Shown piece by piece: positions 1 through 12,512 of a DNA stretch of 64,000 nt. The position numbers were made by a program, and so were the translations under genes. Location: positions 88,784,001 through 88,848,000 of the forward strand of contig NC_059431.1 of the NCBI RefSeq assembly GCF_021028975.2, read 5' to 3'. The notes beneath the pieces are model-generated. The model saw nothing but the letters and a program-made list of their open reading frames with translations. It made no database searches and was not told the origin of the DNA. The stretch comes from Sphaerodactylus townsendi (taxonomy: Eukaryota). Position 1 is the stretch's first letter. Every line of letters starts with the position of its first letter.

Positions 1-519
1 TGAATAATATGCCTGGTTCCTGCTGACCCTGCATGTAAAAGTGCTGAGCTATGCATTGGTGATGGGGTGGGAGTTAGCACTGGAGGTGTGGAGGGGCAGT
101 TTTGCCCAGGGTTGCCTGTATGTTGTGCCCTCTTACGTTAAGTGTTTCCTAGTTTGCCATTCTGTGTTTCATGGTTTCTGCATGTGTCCTCTGGTTCAAC
201 AAATACAAACCAACCATGTTGTAAAACCACGATAGCGTTCCAGCCAACATTTCTTTACCCACAAGGAACCTGCTAAAGGAAGGTGTCCATGGCAGGGGGG
301 CAGTTTGCCTGAGATAAAGGTTTGGGCAGCAGCATGGAATGTTTCCAGACCAACCTCAAGGGATACACCCAGATTTCTTCCCTTTGTACTGAAGCCTGAC
401 AAGCTGCAGACAAGCTGCATACCTCAGGGGAGGCCAAAAGGTGGCCTCCCCGCCCCTTCATGTGAAAGACACAGTTGAAACTGCTGAAATGGACAGCCCT
501 GGCACATCCAAGGTTGGGC

Positions 520-1420
520 TGGCCCCAGTGGTGCTTGAATAAGAAAATGCATGAGGTCTGCTCTGACATAGAAACTGAGGTTACTAAAGACATAATGACA
601 AGTTGGGCCAAGAATTTAGGACATAATATAATGTTGGAAACTTGGCAGAAGATGAATTTTACTAGCAGTTGCTATATTAAGGAAAATTTCTATAAAAAGT
701 ACTATTGCTGGTACATGATGCCCTATAAATTATCCAAGATGAAAAGAGGATCAGATAAATGTTGGAAATGTAGAGAGGAGGAACCTTATATCATCAATGG
801 TGGAACTTTTTAAAAAAGCAAAACAATACTGGCAACAAATTCATGGAGAAATGTCAAAGAAAATGAAGTGTTGAAATCAGAATCATATTTATTGGGATTT
901 GTGGATATGCAAAGAGATAAAAGGTATGAGGAGTTATTTAGATATTTATTTACACTGGTGAGAATTGTCTGGGTGAGAAGTTGGAAATTACCAAATATTC
1001 TAGACATACAAGAATGGCAAAAACAAAGTTATGGAATTTGTGATACTGGCAAAAAATTGACAGAATATATATACACCTACTAATGAATTTAAATTCGTTT
1101 GGAAAGAGTGGGTAAAATATATTGTGCAGGATTATAATGACTGTTTAGCTATTGGTTGTGAAATCAGAAGGTAAGAAAAGGTTTTTTTCTAGTTGGATGA
1201 AATTTAAATGTAAAGGAAGTGAGATATTCGATTTAACTTGAGTGCTGTTTGGTGATGTCAGCAGGAAGTCTTTCATGTCTTTTATGTAATACGTAAAATT
1301 GGGGGATGGCCTTGTTTGAGGGACAAATTTTTGTTCTGGATTTATTGAAGATGGAATGGATATATAATTCATGTATTTGTTGCAATTGAATAAATGTATT
1401 ATTACAAAACAAACAAAAAC
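520..1420 (+). mobile_element. L1/Tx1-clade LINE 3' fragment (ORF2 C-terminus, 3' UTR, A-rich tail), frameshifted
   Basis: ORFs 475-813 and 868-1083 read ENFYKKYYCWYMMP..KCWKC (Cys-rich C-terminus of L1 ORF2) and YLLG..ELFRYLFT..RIVW..WK..P..EW. AATAAA near 1388 is followed by an A-rich tail ending near 1420. Confidence 0.8.
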
Positions 1421-3856
1421 TTCCAACCATCCTGAAATAAAGTTGGCATGGGAGGGAGGTGAGCAATAGTATGGGAGGAACTATTGTGGAGTGGGCAGGG
1501 GGGAATTGGGGAAGGAAAAACCCGAGGAAATCTGTATGCATGTGGATCTTTTTTGCTTTCCTGGTGAAGGGGGGGGGGATTGCATTTACAGAGCATTCAG
1601 ATGACTTTGGGGTTTGCAGATGTGAAAATGGGGTCAGTGTCAAGAGAAAAAGAACAACTGTGTAAAAGAAAACAATACTTTGGGAGGTTTTTTTGGACAA
1701 ATCTTCTGTTGGATACATTACCCTATTAATGTCTCTGAAGATCATTAACCTGAAAATCTAATATGGTTTGGAAAAAAAATCATAAACATTTTTTCTTGCA
1801 TTGTTTGGGGCATATATCATTGCCAATGTGTAAATCTCGACTTCCTGGGCCCTGGTTTTTAAGATAATATATCTTTCTCCAGAGTTTCTCTTTCAGAGAG
1901 AGACAAAATATCTCAAATGGCATCCAATTGGGAATGTAATGCAAATAAATATTGATTAGCAAAATATTGCCTGAAAGAATGTAGTGAAGTTATTTGCTTT
2001 GCAAATGACTTAACTGATAATTAGCAATCCTAGGCATCACAGTTAATGGAGGTTATCAAATATTTACCCACATAACCCAATTAAAATATGCTTATGTTAG
2101 AAGTAGGTACCCTATTTACCTAAAAGGAATACTAGGGTCCCCCCTCCCTCCCCAATATGTGCTGTCAAGGAAGAGGGAGCCCTCTTATATTCACATGCAA
2201 GTTATAGTTGTCTACAGTAACAGTTAATTTCCTTTTGGCTAAATGTGTGTAGGTTTAAGAAAAGATGCTCCCCATATGTGAATGATTAGTTAATGATTAG
2301 TTAAAGAACAGTTGATTAGTTAAACTTCTTTAGGTCTGATTTAGTATATTAGTAGGTTTTTCAGAACTGAACTCAGTGAGTCTATAAATAGATCGGCCAA
2401 GATCATTTGTATGCAGTTTCCCCTCTATATCAGGTATATCTATAAAGTTGATCAATGGACATTTATCAATATCTCTGTGAGAAGTAGTAGAGAATTCTTC
2501 ACAAACTTGGAGCCTCTGTGCTGTGCAGAATGTAGGCGTGAGAAGAGCTTGCTGCCAGATTACACAGAAATATAATGAACAAAATGATCTAAAGTGATGA
2601 AGTCTGAGAAATGAAAATCCAGATACTTAAAAAAAAAGAATTAGTGGATTTTATCTGCCAAAAGAAGAGGTGGGTATAAGAATAAAAATGTGGAAGAGAG
2701 ATTTATGGGGGAGTTTTGTAGAAATGTAGGGGAGAGAAAATAATGATGACCATCCAAATTAAATAAAGTCTGTGTAGGTTTGACAACTCGAATGTAAACA
2801 GAGATTTATACCACTAATTACTTAACCAAAATGCAAATCAAGTTGTTACTTGCAACTGTAATTCAGTTTATCTGCGGCAATGAGAGTGCCCTTTTGAAAT
2901 ATACTTTTTTCCCCGTGTATATTTCAGGCAACAAGCTTGTTGAATTCTGACTCACTGAGGCCCTCCAAACTAGATGTTCTAGCGGTATGTTGATCAGCTC
3001 AGTCACATAGGAAAAAGGGTATGTGGGTATAAAGTCTGAATAGCAAAAGTGCCCCATGTACTAGGATATGGGAAGATGTTATGAGTGAGATGCATAGGGT
3101 GCATAGCACTCTTCAACTGCTCACCGTATTCTTCTACAATCCATTCCCTCAAGTCAGATTGAGAAAGGATGTAGGCACAAACATATGCTCCCTTCACTCA
3201 TCTTCAGAGTCTAGAACTGGGTAATTGGACAGTGGCAAGTTGGTCTTCAGGAAGACCAACTGCTGAACTGTCCAGGGGAACAGACATGAGCAATATTGGC
3301 TGACAGTGACACCCACCTTGGAGAAAACATGCTCACTCTGCATGCTCATCAGAGGGCATGAGAGATCCAGCAGAGAGGTCCAGCCAGATCATCCCTTTCA
3401 TGACACAGTAAATTAGTGACCAGACCACCCCTTTCATGGCCCCATAGTTCAGTGGATTGGTGGTCTGTGATCATATGGCTGAGCAAGATACTCCTTCACC
3501 ATTGCAGCCACCGTATCCTGCCTTGTGTGCCTTGAACTCCCAGATGAGCCTAGTGTTTGCCTGATGAGCTCCATCTCCAAAGTCATGATTTTCCCCCAGA
3601 TTTCATCAGGATAACTGGCTAGCATTGAAGATTCTCTAATGTGTATTCAGCTGGGGGGAAAAAATCCACCCAAATACTGGTATTTTTATGTAATTTTTCC
3701 AGCTCAGATATTCCAAATACATATCTCTATTTGGGACTTCTGGAAAAAAATAGCTTGTTCCTTTAACAGAATCATAACAGAATGTTATTTACCAGCTGAT
3801 ATTATTTACCTCTGTGTTTGGAAAAGCTTCAACTGTCCATTTCCATACATTACACC

Positions 3857-3994
3857 CAGTGGTAGGATTCAAATAATTTAACAACAGGTTCTGAAAGGAC
3901 TCAGTGGTGAGATTGCAACCAGTTCTCTGAACTAGACAAAAAATTAGCTACCGGTACTACCGAATAGGTGCGAATAGGCTGAATCCCACCACTG
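3857..3994. mobile_element. hAT-type MITE (CAGTGGT[A/G]GGATTC termini)
   Basis: Inverted termini cagtggtaggattc...gaatcccaccactg. Same family as 62274-62466. No TSD is recognisable. Confidence 0.65.
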
Positions 3995-6989
3995 CTAAAA
4001 GAGTAAAGCAAAATATAACAAATAGTTCTATCTTACAGCAGTTTTGAAGGAATGTTCCTATGGTTGTGGGATACAGTTCACAAAATACTCATCCCCAAGG
4101 AAGAAAAGTTGTATCAGGAAATATGTTTCCTCTTCAAAGCAGTGGAAATCAATGTGAAAGTAAAAAATGAATAGTAAACAAAACAGACTGCAACTCAGTT
4201 TTTGTTATTCAAAGGGAAAAAGAATGACTTATAGTCTTTATATACAGTATATACACCCACACTACAGTCTCCCTCTCTCAATCTCTCTCCCTCTTTCCTA
4301 GTCTTAAACAGCCATTATCAAGGTTTCCATCTCTGACCTTGAGGAGCTTAACTGAAATGCCAGCTTGCTACCTGCACAATGGAAAGAAATAAGACAAATA
4401 GCAGTCCCTTAATATTTAGCCAGTAATTACTTAGCTACAAAAAAAGCAACAAACTATCAAAAAGCATGCTGATTTTTGCTTTTACGGTTTCAATCAAATC
4501 TACCAAAAGTGATGTTTTAAAATGAGAAAAATCATCAGTAGAAACCTTCTCCCCAAGCTGATATTTCCTCAAAAACGGTAGCATGAATGTGTACATTGTC
4601 TCCCACTAACAGAACATTTATTATCAGGAGGCTTTGTATATTGTTCAGGGTAAAGAAAGTCAGGTAGAAAAGAAATAATAATTTAGCAGCAGATTAAGTC
4701 AGGAAGTCAGCCAATTTTGGTGTCTGGATCCTAAACACAGATTGCTTTTGATCTACGATCCTTGGTTCTGATAAGGGCTGATCTAGAGGATATTATTTCC
4801 CTGAGTTTCCATGAGAACTTGCATCTATATTGCAGCATCAAGTTTCCAGCAGCCGCTCTATTTTTGGTTGTGGAAGGCAGAAATCAGGCTCCTAAGGTGC
4901 TTATAGATGGAGTCATTACTGGGAACTTGCACCTGCAGAATGGATGCGAGGCCTTATGGTGAACCCATGTTATGAGGGAACATGTAACTTGATTCTAAGC
5001 CCAAGCAAATACTTTTGGTCAGACCCAGTATAAATTCTAGCAACCTGGTCTTGTATCCTGCCTTGCTAGTGGAACAGTAACTTTCAGTTTTTGCTGACAG
5101 CATTTTTGGAAGATGCTGACTGTACCTAGTGCTGGAGGGCATGCTGTACAGGTGTGGATTTCAGTTATGACCACCCATGGCCCTTACCTGGCCATAACAT
5201 GCTACATGCAGGGTTGATACCACTTATCAGAGTCAATCCCGTTCACTTCAATTGTCCCTGTTTCAATTTCTCTTTTCCTTGTCATAAATAAACCTAGGAG
5301 TCCTTATTTCGGCTTCCTGTTCACATTAACACATTTTCAGTATTAATTATAAATCCGAGAATTTTGAATGAAGTGAATTGAAATTGATGACATCGACAGT
5401 GATGAAAGTAAATGAATGAAAATATTCACATCAGCATGTCCCACATCTTTGCTCCTTACCATGGAAAGGGGAAAAGCCTAAGCAAGTCTACTCAGAACTC
5501 CCATTTTATTCAATGGGCTTCATCCCATGAATGAGTTTTTAGGTTGGCAGCTGTAATTGCATGTTGAAAAGTTACGTGGGGTTAGCTGATAAGTTTCCAT
5601 CCACATGGCCTTGTAGAAGTCTATCAGGAAAAATACACATTCCTGCCTCCCTAATCTCCTTATAGGAATATAGGTTCTGTTGTTCTACAGACTTTCTTTA
5701 AAGACTAAAATGTTTGAAACAAGCTTTAAGAGAGAGGAAAATTGTTTTCTGGTAAGCCATTCTAGTCTGTCATGGGTTGCAATGAGGAAGAACTTGAGAA
5801 GAAGAAGCTGGTAATTTCTCCTAGCTGTGCTACTAATGGATACATTTTCTAGCCAGAGTATTTAGTAAGTGGCCAGCTGCTTGCATTTCGGATGAGAGCC
5901 TCCGGAGACTCCATCAAGCTAGCACTACATGAGAGATTGTCCATTTACTGAAATGGAGAACACCATGGCATTGACTGATGAATACCTTCCTAACCTTGGG
6001 ATTTGCCAGACGAGATGCTGACTGGAGATCATTATGGCCTGATCAATCACCCCAGATTTGCACATGTAGAAAGAGTGGCTTTTTACAAGGGATGCATATT
6101 CAAATAACTGCTCAAGAGCCACCTTGAACCATTTTAACAGAACTAATTCCCAATGTACAGTTAGAATTGAAAATGTTCCGATCTGTCTGTTATTCTGGTG
6201 CCTTATTTTCTGATTTCAGTTGTCTGGATGGTGGGAAGAATAGAAAAAGAGTTAGTAGATGTTCGCTTGCCAGTAATATTTTGTTCAGATTTTTCACTAG
6301 TTTCTTAGGCCCTTTAATTCTATAAAAGTGTGGACTTTTTACATCTGACAATTTTTCTGGGTTGTATCTGTTGTGCAGGGGCAATGCTTCATTTATAACC
6401 ATAGGCTGTCTTATACAGACTTGGGGAAACTGAGGCCCAGGCTTTGTTTATCCACAGCGACCTATCCTGCAGGAAACAATAGAGACAAATGCTTTGGGAA
6501 TAGTATTCACTGGCGAGCAGGCATGGCTGTGCAGAATGGGAGGCAGGATGTTAAAGAGAGAGACCCAGGCTTTGCACAGGCAAAACTGGACAGCATGCAT
6601 TTTTTGCAGACTGGGGGCTCAGACTGGGGGGACTGGGTTTTTTTGAACAATCTGATATTGAGATTTGGCTTTTTTCAGGGCTTTTGAAATTTTCCAGGAC
6701 TATTAAACCCAAGCTAAAAAAATGCTGACAAAAAAAATGGTGCACGACCTTAATTACAGCTTCACTTTCCAATCCCAACCAATAAGCACACACACAAAAA
6801 GTTGATATATGCAAGATCACTGAAAAATAGGATGCCTAATCGGCCTACTTGAAAATCCCTTCAATAGAAGCTTCATGAGTGGAAATGGGCACTTGAAGCA
6901 TTTGATAGCATGGAGGTAAATAACACCGCCTGGTAAATACACCCCTTTAAGCCTCTATTAAAAGAGCGGGCCATTTTTCTCCAGATATG

Positions 6990-7180
6990 CATGCATGTAA
7001 GGTGCCATCAAGCTGAAGGTGATCCCAGCAAGGTGTTTTCAAGGCAAATGAGAAGCAGAGGTGATTTGCCATTGCCTTCTTCTGTAGAGTTTTCCCTAGA
7101 GGTCTCCCTTTCAAGAATCAGCTCTGTTTAGCCTCCAAGATCTAATGATAATAGGGTGTGTCATGCTTTCTTCCCTCCCA
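6990..7180 (-). mobile_element. 5S rRNA-derived SINE with RTE/BovB-type tail, diverged
   Basis: The reverse complement has gatcttggaggctaaacagag..gggagacc (5S-like head) then gaagaaggcaatggcaaatcacctctgcttctc, shared with the copies at 35105, 36366, 48459 and 62979. Confidence 0.65.
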
Positions 7181-7290
7181 AACTCTAGTTATATGTAAGA
7201 ATTAAATTTGTTTTATAAAGCAGAACTATAAAGACAGGATCTGACACAGACAATCTTTTGTTTATGTACCTGTAAAGCAGGCTGATAGTA

Positions 7291-7321
7291 GTGTGTGTGT
7301 GTGTGTGTGGGGGGGGGGGGG
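7291..7321. repeat. (GT)n microsatellite followed by poly-G
   Basis: Directly visible. Confidence 0.95.
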
Positions 7322-7710
7322 TCCAAGGAAAATAGAGTGTACTGATCAGAGTAGTTAACCCCTGCCCCCACATTCCTTTCTACAGAGCTTTCCAAGGGGA
7401 AAAAAGTAATGTATGTGCCACTTTGTACCTTCCTGTACCCACTTGTACAAGCAAAAACTGATAAAAACACAGATGCTTTCTCCTGCTTGCTTTAAATTTT
7501 ACAGACAGAATGCCTTCTGTGAAGGGTATAATTCTGAAATGTTCATCTTTGTAAAATAGAAAAAAGATGCACTGAAAAATGTGTTTCCTATTAAAATCAA
7601 TAGAAACAGATAAGAGGAAGGGAATGAATGCAGGGGCTGGCATTTGAGAGCACTAAAGGGCAGAAAGGCAGTGAGATGATAGCAGATAGTTTTCTTTCAG
7701 TTTTATCTCC

Positions 7711-7741
<31 letters not shown>

Positions 7742-7770
7742 AATATACCGCCCAATCCCCGAAGGGCTCC
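7711..7770 (-). mobile_element. L2 LINE 3' tip with (TAA)n tail
   Basis: A (TAT)n run is followed by accgccc..ccccgaagggctc, the reverse complement of the L2 3' stem seen at 25081-25111 and 47559-47589. Confidence 0.6.
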
Positions 7771-7919
7771 TAGAACCCAGATAGAACAAGAGACAGGACA
7801 GAACTCATCCTTGAATGCTACAACACAGTCAACAAAAGGCAGAGTCTCCATTTATTTTAATTTCTTGACATTTGTAAAGTCATCTTCATTATATAAAGGT
7901 AAAAGACAAATGAGAACCA

Positions 7920-8056
7920 GAGGTGATTTGCCATTGCCTTCTTCTGTACAGTCTTCCCTAGAGGTCTCCCTTCCAAGAATCGGCTCTGTTTAGCCTCCAA
8001 GATCTAATGATATTAGGGTATGTCATGCTTTCTTCCTTCCCAAACTCTAATTATAT
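7920..8056 (-). repeat. Local duplicate of 7058-7193 (SINE 5' part plus flank)
   Basis: About 135 bp is collinear with 7058-7193 with roughly ten differences, including the flank aaactcta.ttatat. Confidence 0.85.
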
Positions 8057-8669
8057 AGTTTTTAATAATTCCCAAAATGAAATGTAAGATAGCAAGAGTG
8101 GCACAGTTAGTTCTTGGGATTCTCAGCTGGGTTCATTAATATGATATTGTCATATGTTTTAAAGTTCTATAAATAGAAAAGAAAGCACTTCAATCACAAC
8201 CTTGATGAAAGTGAAATAAGGCATGGTTATAAGCAGCAAACATTCTTGTGCCTGTTGAAAGACAGGCAGAAAGACAGAGTGGTCAAAGACTCCCCTTATT
8301 TAAATGTATTATTTGTCATCCATAAAGCATTGTTGTTTCTAAACTTCTAAATAATATTTCTTCAGTTTGTGAAAAAAACAAAAAAGAGACTAGAGAAATT
8401 TCTTAGTATTTATTTATTTAGATTTATTTAATATATTTAGAACACTATGCACAAGCTGGCAATACAGGCTACATCTCAAAGTGTACAGGAAGCACCCGGT
8501 ATTTGGGTGTCCAAAGAAATGCAGGCATCTTGTGTGTGGCGGGTGTTTTATAACTGCTAGAAGACACAAAAAGTTCAGTTTTCCTTCCTTTATTTTATGT
8601 TTCTTCCTATCTGTTAGTATTTTCTCTTTTTATATATTATTTTATTAATTTTCATAAATAAAAAGAAAA

Positions 8670-9730
8670 ACAAAAGAGGGCAAAGCAGGTGTTTTAAAGA
8701 TTCAGCGATGTCAAGGGCGTAGACTATGTTGCCACTGTGCATACATCATTGAGGTCCACACTATTCTTAAAAGGGCTTTAGTAGAGTGCACTTGATGGCA
8801 ATTGGTCAAGGAATGTTAGCCTTGCTGTAAGCCGGTCAAATAGCTGATGTCACCCATCAAGACAGAGTGGAAACAAATAAACAAAGCCTTGTCCTTCCTA
8901 AAGGACTTTGTTCTATCAATGTAATAAGACAGAGCCTGACGCAAATCCAGGGAGCACATGGCTCTGTCTTCTAGGCATCCTGGAAAAACACTGGTAGGAC
9001 CACATCCTGAGACAGGTGAAACCTAGACACCACCTTAGGTAAATGCTCAAGGCTTGGCCTAGCAACAGTTTGTCTGCAAAGAATTGCATAAATGGAGGGT
9101 TGCAACATAAAGCCCTCAAGTTACTGACCCTGGGTGCAGAGATAATAGCCACCAAGAAGGTTGTTTTATAGGATAGAAATCAAAATGGGCATAAAGTAAT
9201 GGGTTCAAATGGAGTTTGTGTGAGTCTAGTTCAGGGGTAGGGAACCTGCGGCTCTCCAGATGTTCAGGAACTACAATTCCCATCAGCCCCTTTCAGCATG
9301 GCCAATTGGCCATGCTGAAAGGGGCTGATGCGAATTGTAGTTCCTGAACATCTGGAGAGCCGCAGGTTCCCTACCCCTGGTCTAGTTAGTATCACCAGGA
9401 GGTTCCAACAAGGCTTAGGGGACTTAACAGGTGGGTACATGTTACCAGGTCCCTTAAAAGGCGTTTTGGCTAGAGGTAGAGAAAACAGTGAATGAGGGCT
9501 GACCCCATCATGAAAAGTGGATAGAGCTACTAAGTGTGCTTTAACCAAAGAGTTGGTCAGGCCAGCACTTTACAGGGACAAAAGGTATGGAAAGACCTTG
9601 TCTACTGGACGAGGGTTCAGGCTCTGTGATTCAGCCCAAACCTTGAATCTAGCCCATTTGGCTGTATATGATCTCTGGTAGAAGGCTTTCTAGAAGCAAT
9701 CAGGGCTGTCATGACTTCCTCTAGCCAGCT
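8670..9730 (-). pseudogene. DIRS tyrosine recombinase remnant
   Basis: Manual minus-strand translation gives CSLDLRQALSYYIDRTKSFRKDKALFICF (about 8870-8960) and HSTKA (about 8775-8790). Interrupted by the MITE at 9232. Confidence 0.75.
9232..9379. mobile_element. 148-bp palindromic hAT (Charlie-like) MITE
   Basis: Full-length inverted repeat caggggtagggaacc...ggttccctacccctg. Exact 8-bp TSD gtctagtt at 9224-9231 and 9380-9387. Confidence 0.95.
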
Positions 9731-9731
9731 G

Positions 9732-10330
9732 CTAATGAGTGTTGACCCAGGCCATGAGGCGTAGGGACACCACATCATGGAGCCATCCCTGCCTGACTCT
9801 CAGAAGATCAGGTTGCAGAGGCCTCCCTTGTGACAATGTGCCTAGGGAACCAAACCAAGGTCTCCTGGGCCAAAATGGTGCAATCAGGATTAGACTGGCT
9901 TTGCCTGTCTTGGCTTTGGCTATTATCTTGAGTATCAGAGGTAAGGGGGAAAAGTGTACAGCAGAGGTCCCAACCAGCATTCCCCAGGGAGCATTGTCCC
10001 ACTTCTCTCTTGGTGCAATATGGGGACATTTGGTAGTCACCTCTGAAGTAAACAAATCTATCTCTGGTTCCCTCCAGGTTTGGAACACAAGTGGGAGATA
10101 CTTCCCTGCTGTTTCCCACTTACATTGGGCTGTGCAGGTCCTGCTCAGCTCGTTTGCCCAGGTGTTGGATGTGCTGGCTACATGAATCACTGTCAGACAA
10201 AAGTCATGCTTGATCACCCACTCCCATATCTTGTACAACTCCTTGCACAACACCAGGGAACCTGTGCCATTTTGATAGTTGATGCAGAACTTGGCCACTA
10301 TGTTGTCTGTGGCAATTAGCACTTCTTTGT
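9732..10330 (-). pseudogene. DIRS RNase H and downstream (methyltransferase-like) region
   Basis: ORF 9732-10439, from about residue 37: VLIATDNIVAKFCINYQNGTGS..L..IWEW..HVASTSNTWANELSR..W..PEIDLF..ILIAPFWPRRPWF. The ORF N-terminus comes from inserted low-complexity DNA. Confidence 0.8.
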
Positions 10331-10339
10331 TCTTTCTTC

Positions 10340-11028
10340 TTTGCATGCCACCCCTCCCTCCCCTCCCCCTCCCTCCACTAGGGTGGGTAGGCCAGGTCCA
10401 GATGCTGGGTCCCCCTCCCTCCCCTCCCTTGCATGCCACCCCTCACTCCCTCCCCTCCCTTGCATGTCACCCCTAAGCATGGGTCACTGAGCTCTGTTCA
10501 TCGGACCATTCCACTTTAAGATTAATTAACCACAACCCACATTCCCGATTCCCTCCATCTATTTCAAATCAATTCATCCAACACTCAGGGACAGAGCAAG
10601 GGGGAACTGCACCCGGAGCATGCATGCGCCCTGCACCACTGCCACAGCATTGCCCGCCCCCACCCCAGAACGCCCCCTAACCCCTAACCCTAACCCCCCC
10701 ACACCCCCACCATGCCCCTGCTGCAGTGCACACCTGGGGCATCACCCCCCCGCCACATTGGTGCTATGCCACTGCCAACACTGCTTATATCCTTAGACTG
10801 TGTGTGCGTGTTTTGCTCCTTTGATTATTGAATGTTTGTAGAACTTGGCCACCCTATTATTCCTTAATAAAATTGTTAGCTTTATTTTGCTCTCCTGCTG
10901 ATTTCTTACAAAAGCTGAGTTCGGGAAACAAAGATCTTGAACTTTCCTGACCTTTTACTAAGCCAAGAGTCTGCTTTCACTAATTCCCCCACCCTGAAAG
11001 GGACAGATTTCCACCATTTCAGGTAACA
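10340..11028 (+). mobile_element. Unclassified, LTR-like insertion within the DIRS element
   Basis: Separates the DIRS RNase H from the RT. C-rich start, AATAAA near 10866, ends ...aggtaaca. No TSD found. Confidence 0.35.
10586..10774. mobile_element. GC-rich hAT-type MITE
   Basis: Imperfect termini cagggacagagc...gctatgccactg. Exact 8-bp TSD ccaacact at 10578-10585 and 10775-10782. Related to 36484-36662. Confidence 0.85.
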
Positions 11029-11039
11029 CTAACAAACCA

Positions 11040-11890
11040 ATTTTGCAGGGGCCTCATTTGAAGTCTGGCAAAATTCACTGCGAACATAGTTGAAGCCATT
11101 AAGCCTAAAAGCTTCTAAATGGAGATCACTTTCTCATAGAAAGAGCAAACTAGATGCTGAATAGCTCTTGCCCTGGTAATGGGGAGAATTGCCTTTCCTG
11201 CTTCTGAGTGCAGGGTAGTTCCTACAAACTCTATTCTAAGTGAGGGCTCAACTTAGCCATATTTACCACCAGCCCCAAGGCTTGGAACTTCTGTAGCGCA
11301 GCGATCAATTAGCATCGAAGATTGTCTGCTGTGTGGAAGATGAACAGCCAATCATCCAAATAAGAGAATACCATGCAGCCTCATAAGGTAAGAAATCCTA
11401 CTATTGCTGCCACTACCTTAGTGAACATTCTCGGGGAGGATGAGAGCCCAAAAGGGAAAACACTAAATTAATGCACCCTGTCATCTACGGCAAACCTGAA
11501 ATATTTACAATCATTGTTAGCAATGGCCACATGAAAAAAAAGCATCTTTCAGGTCTGTGACTGCAAACCAATCCTCTCTGTCAAGGAGGGGTAGATGTCA
11601 GGTATGGATAACATGCAAAACATGCAAATACTTATTTAAGCCCCTTAGGGCCAGGATGGGGCACTGGCTACCATTCCTTTTCTGAACCAGGAAATACCAG
11701 GAGAAAAATCCCCTCCCTACAGACTCAGGGGGTATCCTTCATATAGAACTTTTGTTCAATAGCAGAGAAATTGGCTCCACCTTAGAAGATAAAGGAGGCA
11801 GAGACAGGAATTCCGAAGAATAGCCATGTTTAATAACAGACAAAATCCATTTGTCAGAACAGCACAGTAGCTAGTTGGGTAAAAACTAAG
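11040..11890 (-). pseudogene. DIRS reverse transcriptase remnant
   Basis: Manual translation gives WILSVIKHGY, GFFSWYFLVQKRNG..PIL.LRGLN, KYFRFAV..FPFGLSSSPRMFTKV and VFSYLDDWL, with stops and frameshifts. Confidence 0.8.
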
Positions 11891-12449
11891 ATAAATGGTT
11901 TTCAAACTGTAACTTATGAACAGGAAAACAGGGAGCCTCTAATCAGGTAGATGGCTTTTTGCTTGCAGAAGTGGATCAATCCAGGGAGTTATTTCCATTA
12001 GAATAGAATCATGGAATCATAGAGTTGGAAGAGACCACAAGGGCAGTCAAGTTCAACCCGGCTGCCATGAAGGAATACACAGTCAAAGCACTCCTGACAG
12101 ATGACCACCCAGCCTCTGTTTAAAAACCTCCAAAGAAAGAGACTCCGCCATAATCTGCTGCAGTGTATTCCAGCTCTTATTGTCAGGAAGTTCTTCCTAA
12201 AGTTTAGGTGGAATCTCTTTTCCTGTACCTTGAATCCATTACTCCTTGTCCTACCTCTGGAGTAGCAGAAAAGAAGCTTTCTTTCTCATCAACATGACAT
12301 CCCTTCAAATATTTAAACATGGCTATCATGTCACCCCTTGACCTTCTCTTCTCCAGATTGAATATAGCCAGTTCCCTAAGTCTCTCCTCATAGGACATGG
12401 TTTCCAGACCTTTTACCATGTTGACCACCCTCCTCTGTATCTGTTCCAG

Positions 12450-12512
12450 TTTGTTTGTTTGTTTGTTTGTTTATTTATTCAATTTGATAAACCGCCCTAC
12501 CCCCAAAGGGCT
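12450..12512 (-). mobile_element. L2 3' tip inserted in CR1
   Basis: A (GTTT)n/(ATTT)n tail plus accgccctaccccaaagggc interrupts collinear CR1 sequence. Confidence 0.6.

Noticed and set aside
2900-3600. Possible second DIRS gag remnant
   Set aside because: I could not recover any diagnostic motif in any frame.
4760-5260. Possible ancient LINE C-terminal remnant on the minus strand
   Set aside because: Only a faint Cys/YxxLR resemblance, too degraded to call without a profile search.
5852-5951. Possible terminal exon (PEYLVSGQLLAFRMRASGDSIKLALHERLSIY*)
   Set aside because: Weak acceptor, no recognisable protein and no partner exons.
7597-7993. ORFs with poly-Ile tracts
   Set aside because: They are translations of the (TAT)n tail of an L2 tip.
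10675-10695. (CCCTAA)-like units suggesting an interstitial telomere
   Set aside because: There are only about three imperfect units, inside a C-rich MITE.
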